Shown here: piece by piece, positions 32,877 to 43,910 of the stretch
Position numbering within the stretch: position 1 is the first letter of the stretch
Layout of the letters: the number at the start of each line of letters is the position of its first letter
Assembly (NCBI GenBank): GCA_965237955.1
Contig: OZ250169.1
Location: forward strand, 3,008,001-3,072,000
Length of the DNA stretch: 64,000 bases
Reading direction: 5' to 3'
DNA from: Candidatus Marinacidobacterales bacterium
GTDB taxonomy: Bacteria; Acidobacteriota; Vicinamibacteria; Marinacidobacterales; SMYC01
Translations under genes and position numbers: made by a program
Notes under the pieces: generated by a model
Seen by the model: the letters and a program-made list of their open reading frames with translations, nothing else
The model's database searches: none
Told to the model about the DNA's origin: nothing

Positions 32877-34223
32877 TCGGCACGGGTTGTCGATTTTGTT
32901 CGTTCGCTCGGATTCTCAAGCGAATGGGCTGGGGAGCGGAACAGGCGCCGTCCTCCCTTTTTGGAGGTTGAAGGCCCCTACGCGCTCCCAGAACTCCACG
33001 ACTATCAAAAGAAGATCGTCACCAAGGTGCGGAGGATGCTCCACAATGGGCGCGTGAATGGTGCCGAACGGCGCGGGATGATCAGCATGCCGACCGGCTC
33101 GGGCAAGACGCGCGTCGCCGTGCAGGCAATCGTCGAGGCGATGTGTCGCGATGGCTTCGAGGGCGGTGTTCTCTGGGTCGCGGACCGCGACGAGTTGTGC
33201 GAACAAGCAGTCGAGGCATGGCGGCAAGTGTGGTCGAGCATCGGCGCGCATGGATCGCGGCTGCGTGTCTCCAGAATGTGGGCCGGACAGCCAAGCCCGC
33301 AGCAGACGAGCGACCTGCATGCTGTCGTCGCCACGATCCAGACGCTCACCGCGAAACTTTCCAAGCAGTCCAGCGAGTACGGCTTTCTGGTGGATTTCAA
33401 GCTCGTCGTTTTCGACGAGGCGCATCGGTCGATTGCTCCGACCTTCACTTCCGTCATGGAAGAGATTGGATTGACGCGCTGGAAGAGGGCGGACGAGCCG
33501 TTTCTGCTCGGTCTCACCGCAACGCCCTATCGGGGGCACAACGAGGAAGAAACCTCCAGACTGGCCGGCCGTTATGGCAGAAACCGGCTCGATGCCGAGG
33601 CTTTCGCGAGCGACGACCCACAGGAAGTCATAGCCGGATTGCAGGATATGCGCGTGCTCGCACGAGCGGATCAAGAACCCATCGAAGGCGGCGTGTTTTC
33701 GCTGAACATCGAAGAGTTGCGGCAAATGGCATCCGCGCCGTGGCTCCCTCGAAGCGTGGAAGATCGCATCGCCCAGGACTCCGCTCGCACCAAGCGCATC
33801 ATCGAGGCGTACGAGACACATGTCGATCCGAGCTGGCCCACTCTCATCTTCGCGACATCTGTAGAGCACGCGAAGACGGTAGCGGCCCTTCTGAATAGGA
33901 GAGGCATCAAGTCAAGGGCAGTGAGCGGAGATACAGAACCCTCGACACGCCGACGGGTGGTAGAGGAGTTCCGGTGCGGCAGGATCAAGGCACTCGTGAA
34001 CTACGGCGTATTCCGGGAGGGCTTCGATGCGCCAAAGACACGAGCCATCATCGTGGCCCGGCCAGTCTACAGTCCGAATCTTTATTTTCAGATGGTCGGC
34101 AGAGGCTTACGCGGCGTCAAGAACGGCGGCAACGACCGGTGCCTCATACTCAACGTCCGGGACAATATCGAGAACTTCCAGCAAGCGCTCGCATTCTCGG
34201 ACTTGGACTGGCTTTGGGGCTGA
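32877..34223 (+). pseudogene. SF2 DEAD/DEAH (Res-type) helicase, probably 5'-truncated
   Basis: PTGSGKT, DEAH, LTATP, EGFD and QMVGRGLR. It starts next to an A end. Confidence 0.8.
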
Positions 34224-34352
34224 TGACAAACCCAAGAGGAGGGCGCGGGATGAGCGTGTGCACGCTGACGCCCTTATTAGACGCGATGGCGTTCGCCGGC
34301 ACACGCAGGCCAACGGACACTAGCATTCAAATGCCTCTAGCGGCGTAGCAAC

Positions 34353-35776
34353 ATATCTGGACTCCTCTAGTCAAGCCCCTTTCTTAATAAATCTTCCATC
34401 GAAGCTGCGCATCCATCGCGTCGTGACGAGTGGGTCAGACTGCAAACGTATCTTCGGCCTCAGTGAGGAGCGTCTTGGGTGCTCCGGGCCATGATGGAAA
34501 ATCCGCGCGCGAGGAGCCAATCACTTTGAACGACCTCTTAGGGCCAGTGTTGCTATCGGCTTGACCCCGCGCCGGTCCGACCGGTACGCCATCAGTTGGA
34601 TGGGTATCGTCGCAGCCTCTTTTGGAAGGGAAAAAGGAAAACACGAAAGTGGAGCCTCTAAGTCTAAGCGGCCATCGGCGACTGGAATTCACTCTCGCGG
34701 GTGGAGACGGCCCAGACGATCCGGGCGAGTTTGTTGGCGACAGCAATCACGGCCTTGTTGTGTCCCCGCGAGCGGTGGACCTTCCGAGCCCAGGCGCGGA
34801 GCTTGTCGGGCGGGCTCTTACTGACGTTCGCCGCGCGGAGCACGGCGCGCCCGCCCTGGGTGAGGAGCATACGGAGGTAGGAGTCGCCACGCTTGGTGAT
34901 GCGTCCGAGGCGGCGAATGTCGCCACTGGAGTTTTCCTTGGGAACTAGGCCGAGGTAGCTCGAGAAGCGGCGCCCCGATGGGAAGCGGCGAAGATCGCCG
35001 ACGAAGCCCACGATGGCGGTCGCGGTCAGAAGTCCGATGCCGGGAATGGCGAGAAGTCGTTGGACTTCAGGAAGCTGCTTGGTGAGCGCCTTGAGCTCGT
35101 GCTCGATGCCAGCGCACTTGTCCTTGAGTTCTCGAATCTCGGAGCAGGCATCACGGAGATGCGAACGGAGCACGTCGGGCAAATCAGAATCAGCGTCTTC
35201 GACGAGTTCGAAGAGGGCGGGCACGACGAAGTGAGCGCCCTTTGGGATGATGAATCCGAGTTCGCGCAGGATCCCGCGTACGGCATTGATGCGTGCGGTC
35301 CGTGTGGAGAGCCATCCTGAGCGCAGGCGATGGAGCGCGGCGAGGCTGTGCTGGTGCACGGACTTAATGGGCACGGGAAGAATCTCCTCGTTCCTGTAGG
35401 CCTCGAGCAACGCTTTGGCGTCGGCGCGGTCGTTCTTGCTCCCGCGTCGATAGGGCCTCACGAGGTGAGGTGGGAGCAGGACGACGTCGTGTCCCAACCT
35501 TCGGAACGTCCTTGCCCAGAAGTGAGCAGAGCCGCAGGCTTCGAGAAGCACGGTGGCAGCGCTCTGTTTGGCAAAAAACGACACCAACTTGGGTCGACTC
35601 ACACGGAGTTGCTTGGACACCTTCCCCGCTTCTCCCGAGATGGCAATCTCGAAGACGTTCTTTGCAAGATCCACAGCGATCGTCGTATCTTTCATTCGGA
35701 CTCCTCCTTTTCGATGCGTATTCGACTGACTTTGGCACATCGATGCCGTCTATGTCAGCGGAGGAGTCCATTCCAT
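34353..35776 (-). mobile_element. IS1111 copy 3, in a more diverged MITE-B-like end
   Basis: Junctions GCGTAGCAAC-AT and AT-CACTTGATGGCAGAAGCACC. Confidence 0.93.
34664..35695 (-). CDS. IS110-family recombinase
   Basis: Protein is identical to the other copies. Confidence 0.95.
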   Translation of the reverse strand: MKDTTIAVDLAKNVFEIAISGEAGKVSKQLRVSRPKLVSFFAKQSAATVLLEACGSAHFWARTFRRLGHDVVLLPPHLVRPYRRGSKNDRADAKALLEAYRNEEILPVPIKSVHQHSLAALHRLRSGWLSTRTARINAVRGILRELGFIIPKGAHFVVPALFELVEDADSDLPDVLRSHLRDACSEIRELKDKCAGIEHELKALTKQLPEVQRLLAIPGIGLLTATAIVGFVGDLRRFPSGRRFSSYLGLVPKENSSGDIRRLGRITKRGDSYLRMLLTQGGRAVLRAANVSKSPPDKLRAWARKVHRSRGHNKAVIAVANKLARIVWAVSTRESEFQSPMAA

Positions 35777-35796
35777 CACTTGATGGCAGAAGCACC

Positions 35797-35890
35797 GCTT
35801 CACGAGCACGTCATCTCGAACGCGCGCGAATCCCGCACCCTCGCCGTTCCGCGGGACACGCTACTTCCCAGGCTTCATTTCCGACGAGCT
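35797..35890 (+). pseudogene. hsdS: Type I R-M specificity subunit C-terminal remnant
   Basis: NARESRTLAVPRDTLLPRL resembles the conserved HsdS tail. Confidence 0.55.
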
Positions 35891-36099
35891 GCGGGTAAAG
35901 GGAAATCACAACCCTTCGGAGCAACGCCTCTAGTCCAGTTTGACAGCCGGGTAACGAACGAACATGGGAATACGCTGTCGCGGGGTTTCTTTCGGGCGCC
36001 TGACCTCAACCTTAGAAGTATTGCACAGACCATTCACCGCCAACCGTTTACAGGCTTATCGGGGGGAAACATGAGGACTGCCAGCAGCTCGGAACATCG

Positions 36100-39000
36100 A
36101 TGAACTATCCCTTGAGACACATCTCCATCCGCGTCCCTTGGCACGATACCGGATGGGACGGGCGCGTCTGCGCCGCGCCGCGGCTGAATGGCGCTTGCCT
36201 TAAGCTGAAGCGCATTGCAGAAGACCGAGACGACGATGCAGAGGAATCCGTTGCGGGAAGGAGCATCAAGGATCTCCTGCAGGCGAAGTGGCCATCGTGT
36301 ATTGCCGAGCGCTCGAGTTTCATGGCGCCCTTTGAGTATGTCCGCGAGGCCGATCATCCTTACAACCGCGGCCCTGAGACAAGCCACGGCCACTTCAAGC
36401 GAACTCCTCTGCGCCATCCACCCTACTCTGCGCCGGCGGTACCCTTCGCCTGGGTGCTTCGCGAGGCGATGGAAGCCTTTGGCAAGGAGCATGCGCTGGA
36501 TGTTCAGGCCGAACGTGAACCCGACCTGGGCTTCAAAACCCAGTGGGTTCAGGAGCACCTGAACCAGACTGTTCTGCTCGACTGTTTCGCCAGCCACCTC
36601 AAGTCCGAACACTCCCTCTGCTTCTTCTACGCCAAGCAGGTACCATTCGTGGAGGCCTCAGCCGGCGTCCGCATTCTGATCGGCGTCGGACGCGTGCTGC
36701 ATGTCGGTGCCGCGCAGGAGTACGCCTACACTACGAAGGATCTCAAAGGCAAACTGCGCTCTATGTTGTGGGAGCGCATGGTTCAGCACTCCATTCGTCC
36801 CGACTTCAAGGATGGCTTCTTGCTGCCGTATCACGCGGCCATCGAGAAGGCTGCTGAAGACTCAGAGTTCGATCCGGCAGAGATCGCTGCTTTCTCACCC
36901 ACCGATCGACTCCTCGAGTTCTCGCATGCCTCGCAATTGGTCAGCCATGACGGTGCCATTGCATCGTTGCTCGCGTGCGCCGAATCGCTTCGCAAGGCCA
37001 AGGGAGTCCTGCTAGGGCCGTGGGACCAGTGCCTGCAGTGGATCGACGCGCGTCTCGGTGAACTATGGAAGGCGCGAGGCCCGTGCCCTGGACTCGGCTC
37101 GGCGCTGTCCGCGTTCGGGTTGCAGTTCGGCACTTTCGTCGCCCGCGCCCTCGCCGAGAAGGCGGGTGCCAACACCGATCCCTGGCCGTTGGTTGACAAG
37201 ATGTTTGCCGATCCCAATAAACACCTGCCAGACCCACTGGCCCAGAGCGTCGGCAAGACGCTGTGCAGCAAGTGGTACCGTCTACCCGATGATCGCCGTG
37301 CGCTGCTCAAACTCGTCAGCCGCTTCGAGATCACACGGGAGCAGGCGACCGCTCTCTACGTTCAGGAGGAGCGTGCCAAGGCGGGAATCGACACGCACGA
37401 CACAGCCATTCTCGCCAACCCGTACCTGTTCTACGAATTGACGCGCTTGACTGGCGACCCCGTCAGCGTCTGGACCGTCGACCGGGGTGTCTTTCCGGAC
37501 GAGGTCATCCGAGAGAAGCACCCGTTGCCTGCGCCGACGGCTTTGGACGCCGGAACGGATGCCCGACGGGTCCGCGCGTTCACCGTCAAGGTTCTTGAAG
37601 ACACGGCCGGCGTCGGCAACACGCTCCTTCCGCAGGATCAGGTGGTCCTCGGCATCCGCGGGCTCACTCTCCAGCCACCTTGTGAGGTGGACGCCGACCT
37701 GATGAACGTCGCCAAGGACGACTTCGAGGATTCAGTCGACGAGCTCGCCATGGCCAACGGAGCTCCGGCCCTCCAGTTGGGTCGTCTGGCGCAGGTGGGA
37801 GCGACCATCCGCGTGGCGATCGATAAGCGGGTCAAGGGCAAGCGCATGACCGTCGCGGCCGATTGGCGAAAGCTCCTCGACGCCCACCTCGCCGCGCAGT
37901 CAACTGGAGAGCCCGACGAACTAGAAGAGAGCGCCCGGGCGGAGAAGACTGCGGCGCTGACTGAACTTGCAGAGGCGCGGCTCTCAGTGCTGATCGGCCC
38001 CGCCGGAACAGGCAAAACCACCTTGCTGTCGGTGCTCTGTTCACACCCAAAGGTCGCGGCGGGCGGAATCCTGCTACTTGCGCCTACCGGAAAGGCGCGC
38101 GTGCGCATGGAGCAGTTCACCCAGGGCCTGAAACTCAAGGGCTACACTATCGCCCAGTTCCTGAGTCCGCACCGCTACGACGGCACCACCGGCCGCTATC
38201 GGCTTTCGGACAAACCAATCGAGGCCGGCGAGCAAACGGTCATCATCGACGAGGCTTCGATGCTGACCGAAGAGATGCTCGCGGCGCTGATCCAAGCGCT
38301 CAAGGGCGTGCACCGGCTCATTCTCATCGGTGATCCGCGCCAGCTCCCGCCCATCGGCGCGGGTCGCCCGTTCGTGGATATCGTCAAGCGCCTCACTCCG
38401 CAAGACGTCACGGAGAAGTCCCCGCGCGTCGGCCCGGGCTATGCTGAATTGACCATCCGCCGCCGCCAGGCAGGAGAGGATCGCGAAGACCTGCAGCTTG
38501 CGGAATGGTTCAGCGGCGCACCTATTGCGGCGGGCGAGGATGAGGTGTTCGACAAGGTGGTGCACACCGGCCGAAGCCAGCACGTTCGCTTCGTGCAGTG
38601 GGAGACCGCTGACGATATGCGCTCAAGCCTCATCGACGTCTTGGTGAGTGAACTGAAACTCCCCGACGGCACGCTGGCTCTCAATGGCCCCGATGACATC
38701 GCTGGCTTCGATGCCACGCTCGGGGGTGAGGCCTGGAACGACATGCGCTTCTTCAATCCTCGCAGAGACGAGAAGGCCGGTGCCGCCGAGACGGCCGCGG
38801 GCTGGCAGATCCTCTCGCCGGTACGGTCCGCGGCTCATGGTGTGCCCGACCTGAATCGCTTCATCCACAAGCAGTTCCGGCAGACGATGATCGATGCCGC
38901 GCGCGAGGTGGGGTGGCGGCGCAAGTATCCCAAGCCCATGGGGGCCGAGGAGATCGTATACGGGGACAAGGTCATCAACCTAGTGAACACCGACCCAAAA

Positions 39001-39861
39001 CTCTGGTGGAACAAGCACCGCAAGGTTTACCCGGCGAAGGATGACGCCTACATCGCCAACGGCGAAATCGGTATGGCTGTCGGCTTCTTCCGTAAGAGGG
39101 GGGGGCCGGACTTTCGCTGGAAACTCGAGGTCGAGTTCTCTTCGCAACCTGGCTTCAAGTACGACTTCACCAGTCGTGACTTTGGGGAAGAAAGCAATGC
39201 GGTCCTTGAACTCGCCTACGCGCTGACGGTGCACAAGTCCCAGGGCAGCGAATTCGGTACGGTCATCCTCGTGTTGCCGAACCCTTGCCGCCTGCTCTCG
39301 CGCGAGTTGCTCTATACTGCACTTACTCGCCAGAAAGATCGCATCGTCATCCTGCACCAGGGCCCGCGCACCGAGTTGCGTAAGTATTCCTCGGACGACC
39401 GCTCGGAAACCGCGCGGCGCTTGACCAACCTCTTCGTCGCGCCGTCACCCGTCGAAATCGATGGCCGCTTCTTCGAGGATTACCTGATCCATCGCACCGC
39501 GCGCGCCGAAATGGTGCGATCCAAATCTGAAGTGATCATCGCAGACCATCTTGCCAACAATGGCGTCGCGTACGGCTACGAACAGCCGCTCACCATCGAG
39601 GGCATCACCAAGTACCCTGATTTCACCATTGAGGACATAGAGTCAGGGTTGACGTTCTATTGGGAGCACTGCGGAATGCTACATGTGCCCAGCTACCGCC
39701 GCCGTTGGCAAGAGAAGCTCGGGTGGTACCGAGCCCACGGCATTCTGCCGCTGGAAGAAGGGAGCGGCAAGAACGGCACACTGATCATTACGCGCGACGA
39801 AGCCAATGGAAGTATCGACTCCGCGAAAATCAATACCCTCATTACAGACGTGCTCAATTGA
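36100..39861 (+). CDS. RecD-like SF1 helicase with C-terminal nuclease-like domain (1253 aa)
   Basis: GPAGTGKT, IIDEASM, GDPRQLPPI, AYALTVHKSQGSE and LLYTALTR. The tail reads RSKSE...PDF...YWEHCG. Confidence 0.88.
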   Translation: MNYPLRHISIRVPWHDTGWDGRVCAAPRLNGACLKLKRIAEDRDDDAEESVAGRSIKDLLQAKWPSCIAERSSFMAPFEYVREADHPYNRGPETSHGHFKRTPLRHPPYSAPAVPFAWVLREAMEAFGKEHALDVQAEREPDLGFKTQWVQEHLNQTVLLDCFASHLKSEHSLCFFYAKQVPFVEASAGVRILIGVGRVLHVGAAQEYAYTTKDLKGKLRSMLWERMVQHSIRPDFKDGFLLPYHAAIEKAAEDSEFDPAEIAAFSPTDRLLEFSHASQLVSHDGAIASLLACAESLRKAKGVLLGPWDQCLQWIDARLGELWKARGPCPGLGSALSAFGLQFGTFVARALAEKAGANTDPWPLVDKMFADPNKHLPDPLAQSVGKTLCSKWYRLPDDRRALLKLVSRFEITREQATALYVQEERAKAGIDTHDTAILANPYLFYELTRLTGDPVSVWTVDRGVFPDEVIREKHPLPAPTALDAGTDARRVRAFTVKVLEDTAGVGNTLLPQDQVVLGIRGLTLQPPCEVDADLMNVAKDDFEDSVDELAMANGAPALQLGRLAQVGATIRVAIDKRVKGKRMTVAADWRKLLDAHLAAQSTGEPDELEESARAEKTAALTELAEARLSVLIGPAGTGKTTLLSVLCSHPKVAAGGILLLAPTGKARVRMEQFTQGLKLKGYTIAQFLSPHRYDGTTGRYRLSDKPIEAGEQTVIIDEASMLTEEMLAALIQALKGVHRLILIGDPRQLPPIGAGRPFVDIVKRLTPQDVTEKSPRVGPGYAELTIRRRQAGEDREDLQLAEWFSGAPIAAGEDEVFDKVVHTGRSQHVRFVQWETADDMRSSLIDVLVSELKLPDGTLALNGPDDIAGFDATLGGEAWNDMRFFNPRRDEKAGAAETAAGWQILSPVRSAAHGVPDLNRFIHKQFRQTMIDAAREVGWRRKYPKPMGAEEIVYGDKVINLVNTDPKLWWNKHRKVYPAKDDAYIANGEIGMAVGFFRKRGGPDFRWKLEVEFSSQPGFKYDFTSRDFGEESNAVLELAYALTVHKSQGSEFGTVILVLPNPCRLLSRELLYTALTRQKDRIVILHQGPRTELRKYSSDDRSETARRLTNLFVAPSPVEIDGRFFEDYLIHRTARAEMVRSKSEVIIADHLANNGVAYGYEQPLTIEGITKYPDFTIEDIESGLTFYWEHCGMLHVPSYRRRWQEKLGWYRAHGILPLEEGSGKNGTLIITRDEANGSIDSAKINTLITDVLN

Positions 39862-39873
39862 TCTTTTGAGTTT

Positions 39874-40706
39874 GATCCAGTTTCGTGGACACCTTCTGAA
39901 AGGCGGATACGATGTCCACGATGGCAAAGACAACGCAGCCCCGGCGACGTCGCCTGGAGTTTGATGACGAATTCAAGATGGCTGCGGTCCGGCTGGTTGA
40001 GCCTTCTATTTATTCATTCGCGCGCACCGAACTTGATTAGTCTCCGGTCTGCCGGGACCATGCCGACATGATTTCGTCGTTTGTTCGCGCTCTCGTCTCT
40101 GCCTTCAACCCCCTCGTGTCATGTGGAAATCGATTCGCACGACCAATACTCTGGAGAATCTCAACCGCGAGTTTCGACGCCGGACGAAAACCCAAGCGTC
40201 GTTCTCCAGCGAGGAGTCCGCGGTCGCTTTGCTGTTTGGGCTTATCGCCTCTGGCCAGATTCAACTACGGCGCATCGACGGCTACCAACGTCTGAGTGAG
40301 GTTCTCGAACACGCGGAGGTTGCCGCCTGATCTGATGCCCTGATGACAGAGTGGAGGGCGCCGTTCTTTTTCCACGAACCTCGGGACACATCCAGCGCCC
40401 AAGTCTCTGCGCGTGCGTGGCAGGGTGGGACACCCCGTCCTGTGCCAAAACTCGGCCCTTTTGAAATAGACCACAAATCAGCAGCTTAGACGCCCTTGGA
40501 ATCCGCGCAGAAGCGAGGGTATCTCGCGCCGCAGGGTTGTCTTCCGACCTGTGCCTTCTATTTTATTCATCCGCGGGCACCAGCTCGCGACGAGCCTTGA
40601 AGGCAGAGATGAGAGCAAGAACAAACGACGAAATCATGTAGGTATGGTGCCGGTAGACCGAAGACCAATCAAGTTCGGGGCGCGCGGATGAATAAATAGA
40701 AGGCAC
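39874..40706. mobile_element. Stack of IS remnants
   Basis: IS3-like left end with OrfA start, a C end, an IS256 C-terminus and right IR (to ~40393), an A-MITE piece, and a C-type MITE at 40550-40706. Confidence 0.7.
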
Positions 40707-40731
40707 AGGAGCTTCCGGTTCTTGGCTGGAA

Positions 40732-42400
40732 GGTGCTTCCGCAATCAAGTGTTGGTGACTGCCGCGTAACCCGCTCGTGTGCTAGAGTTTGAGCCTGATT
40801 TCGGGAGACGCAGTTTTTTCGACGATGCGGGCTGGGCTGACCACACGGTGCCTGACATTCAGGGACACCTTCGTGTGCACGCCGACATCCTTATCAATGG
40901 CGTTCGCCGACACAGGCAGGCCAGCTGACATTAGCATTCAAACACGGCGTAGCAACATATCTGGACTCCTCTAGTCAAGCCCCTTTCTTAATAAATCTTC
41001 CATCGAAGCTGCGCATCCATCGCGTCGTGACGAGTGGGTCAGACTGCAAACGTATCTTCGGCCTCAGTGAGGAGCGTCTTGGGTGCTCCGGGCCATGATG
41101 GAAAATCCGCGCGCGAGGAGCCAATCACTTTGAACGACCTCTTAGGGCCAGTGTTGCTATCGGCTTGACCCCGCGCCGGTCCGACCGGTACGCCATCAGT
41201 TGGATGGGTATCGTCGCAGCCTCTTTTGGAAGGGAAAAAGGAAAACACGAAAGTGGAGCCTCTAAGTCTAAGCGGCCATCGGCGACTGGAATTCACTCTC
41301 GCGGGTGGAGACGGCCCAGACGATCCGGGCGAGTTTGTTGGCGACAGCAATCACGGCCTTGTTGTGTCCCCGCGAGCGGTGGACCTTCCGAGCCCAGGCG
41401 CGGAGCTTGTCGGGCGGGCTCTTACTGACGTTCGCCGCGCGGAGCACGGCGCGCCCGCCCTGGGTGAGGAGCATACGGAGGTAGGAGTCGCCACGCTTGG
41501 TGATGCGTCCGAGGCGGCGAATGTCGCCACTGGAGTTTTCCTTGGGAACTAGGCCGAGGTAGCTCGAGAAGCGGCGCCCCGATGGGAAGCGGCGAAGATC
41601 GCCGACGAAGCCCACGATGGCGGTCGCGGTCAGAAGTCCGATGCCGGGAATGGCGAGAAGTCGTTGGACTTCAGGAAGCTGCTTGGTGAGCGCCTTGAGC
41701 TCGTGCTCGATGCCAGCGCACTTGTCCTTGAGTTCTCGAATCTCGGAGCAGGCATCACGGAGATGCGAACGGAGCACGTCGGGCAAATCAGAATCAGCGT
41801 CTTCGACGAGTTCGAAGAGGGCGGGCACGACGAAGTGAGCGCCCTTTGGGATGATGAATCCGAGTTCGCGCAGGATCCCGCGTACGGCATTGATGCGTGC
41901 GGTCCGTGTGGAGAGCCATCCTGAGCGCAGGCGATGGAGCGCGGCGAGGCTGTGCTGGTGCACGGACTTAATGGGCACGGGAAGAATCTCCTCGTTCCTG
42001 TAGGCCTCGAGCAACGCTTTGGCGTCGGCGCGGTCGTTCTTGCTCCCGCGTCGATAGGGCCTCACGAGGTGAGGTGGGAGCAGGACGACGTCGTGTCCCA
42101 ACCTTCGGAACGTCCTTGCCCAGAAGTGAGCAGAGCCGCAGGCTTCGAGAAGCACGGTGGCAGCGCTCTGTTTGGCAAAAAACGACACCAACTTGGGTCG
42201 ACTCACACGGAGTTGCTTGGACACCTTCCCCGCTTCTCCCGAGATGGCAATCTCGAAGACGTTCTTTGCAAGATCCACAGCGATCGTCGTATCTTTCATT
42301 CGGACTCCTCCTTTTCGATGCGTATTCGACTGACTTTGGCACATCGATGCCGTCTATGTCAGCGGAGGAGTCCATTCCATCACTTGATGGCGGAAGCACC
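40732..42400. mobile_element. MITE B carrying IS1111 copy 4 (40957-42380)
   Basis: Both MITE IRs are present and the insertion point is the same. Confidence 0.9.
41268..42299 (-). CDS. IS110-family recombinase
   Basis: Protein is identical to the other copies. Confidence 0.95.
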   Translation of the reverse strand: MKDTTIAVDLAKNVFEIAISGEAGKVSKQLRVSRPKLVSFFAKQSAATVLLEACGSAHFWARTFRRLGHDVVLLPPHLVRPYRRGSKNDRADAKALLEAYRNEEILPVPIKSVHQHSLAALHRLRSGWLSTRTARINAVRGILRELGFIIPKGAHFVVPALFELVEDADSDLPDVLRSHLRDACSEIRELKDKCAGIEHELKALTKQLPEVQRLLAIPGIGLLTATAIVGFVGDLRRFPSGRRFSSYLGLVPKENSSGDIRRLGRITKRGDSYLRMLLTQGGRAVLRAANVSKSPPDKLRAWARKVHRSRGHNKAVIAVANKLARIVWAVSTRESEFQSPMAA

Positions 42401-42420
42401 ACAGCGGGTACACGCCGTGG

Positions 42421-42617
42421 ACCTCCTCGTCAAACCAGACCGTCAAATCGTCCCGGCGGCGCAGGACCTTCGTTGCATTCCGCCCAGTTGCGAACGTGGT
42501 ACTTCTTCTGTTTCGGGTGTTTGTACCGGCTGCGCTTGGGATACTTCATGGTCAAACATACCCCGGCCACCACCATAGGCAGATTTCGCTCTCAGCCAAG
42601 AGCGGTGCAACAACGCC
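42421..42617 (-). mobile_element. Diverged IS5 type 2 5' fragment
   Basis: GGCGTTGTTGCACC end and YHVRNWAE-like coding. Confidence 0.75.
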
Positions 42618-42679
42618 TCGGGAGCTACGAGACCTGTCCTGGGCCACTCGTGGAGGGCAGGCGGTATTGTCGCACCCTT

Positions 42680-43525
42680 CTACTTTTTCTTGCGCGTCCC
42701 GGCGCGAGCCGTCGGCTTCCTGAACGGGGTAGAACGCCTATCTGGTTTCCTTCCGGTCTGCCCAGCGCGACGACTCTTCTTGGCGACCGGCGCAAGATCG
42801 TCATCAGAGACCCCACCCATATCGATGTCGACGCCGAAGACCGATGACAGCCTGTCGGATTTGAGCACCCTGCCACTCCGGGACTTGTCTCCAGTCGGTG
42901 GCTGGTCGACGGCGGCCTCCACCATCTCGGCTGGGTCGACACCTCGCAAGGTGAACAGCAGCTCCGGCTCGTGGTCGAGGCGTGCGCCTACGCCGTAGAG
43001 CGTCGCCGCCACGTGCTTGCACATGGTCGCCCAGTCGGGGCACGAGCAACTCAGCGAGATCTCCCGAGGGGCAGGAAACAATCCCTCTCCCTTGCAGGTC
43101 ACGATCTCCATCACGCCCTTGGAGATGGAGCCCTGCAGCAGCTCGACCAGCGAGTCGATTTTGCCTGCACATTGGCCCTTGATGTTGGTCCAGCGCTTCT
43201 TCGCCAGGCTTTTGATCTGGGTGTCCACCTCATAGATGTCGGAGCCGCTGACGAGAGATCGCACACGCCCCGCCTCGATCTGAAGATCGATCACCGAACC
43301 GTTGTGCACGTAGGTTCGGCCGCGAGGCAGGCGGTTCGAGTAGTCGCTGTACGACTCGAGGTTCTTGCACCAAGCATCACCCCAGAAGGTGGTTGCGATC
43401 TTGCGGCCCACGATCTCGATCGGTGAGATCTCGCGTCCGGCTTTTTTCATCTTAGCGACCCTCTTCGCGGCATGACGGCGGCGCGCTGCCACGGAGACGT
43501 AAGGGCGCCACGAGTACCAGCCCAT
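42680..43525 (-). CDS. SWIM zinc-finger protein
   Basis: NRLPRGRTY and CSCPDWATMCKHVAA. Confidence 0.9.
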   Translation of the reverse strand: MGWYSWRPYVSVAARRRHAAKRVAKMKKAGREISPIEIVGRKIATTFWGDAWCKNLESYSDYSNRLPRGRTYVHNGSVIDLQIEAGRVRSLVSGSDIYEVDTQIKSLAKKRWTNIKGQCAGKIDSLVELLQGSISKGVMEIVTCKGEGLFPAPREISLSCSCPDWATMCKHVAATLYGVGARLDHEPELLFTLRGVDPAEMVEAAVDQPPTGDKSRSGRVLKSDRLSSVFGVDIDMGGVSDDDLAPVAKKSRRAGQTGRKPDRRSTPFRKPTARAGTRKKK

Positions 43526-43570
43526 GAGCTCACCTCACGCTTTCTTGTGACGAGCGCGTTCGTGCATCTT

Positions 43571-43673
43571 CTATTCCTCCAAGGCGCTGCTCAAGTCGAG
43601 GGACACCATAGAGATCAAATCCTCGTTGCTCATCTCCGTCAAGGCCGACTCCGCACCACCTGAAAGGAGCTTG
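43571..43673 (-). pseudogene. SNF2-family helicase C-terminal tail
   Basis: KLLSGGAESALTEMSNEDLISMVSLDLSSALEE*, directly upstream of the SWIM gene, which is a typical pairing. Confidence 0.6.
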
Positions 43674-43910
43674 CCCGTCCTGTGCGGTGCTTCCGCAATC
43701 AAGTGTTGGTGGCTGCCGCGTAACCCGCTCGCGTGCTAGAGTTTGAGCCTGATTTCCAGAGACGCAGTTCTTTCGGCGATGCCGACTGAGCTTACCACGC
43801 GGTGATTGACGTTCAGAGACATCTTCGTATGCGCGCCGACATCCTTATTTATGGCGTTCGCCGACACAGGCAGGCCAACTGACACTAGCATTCAAACGCG
43901 GCGTAGCAAC

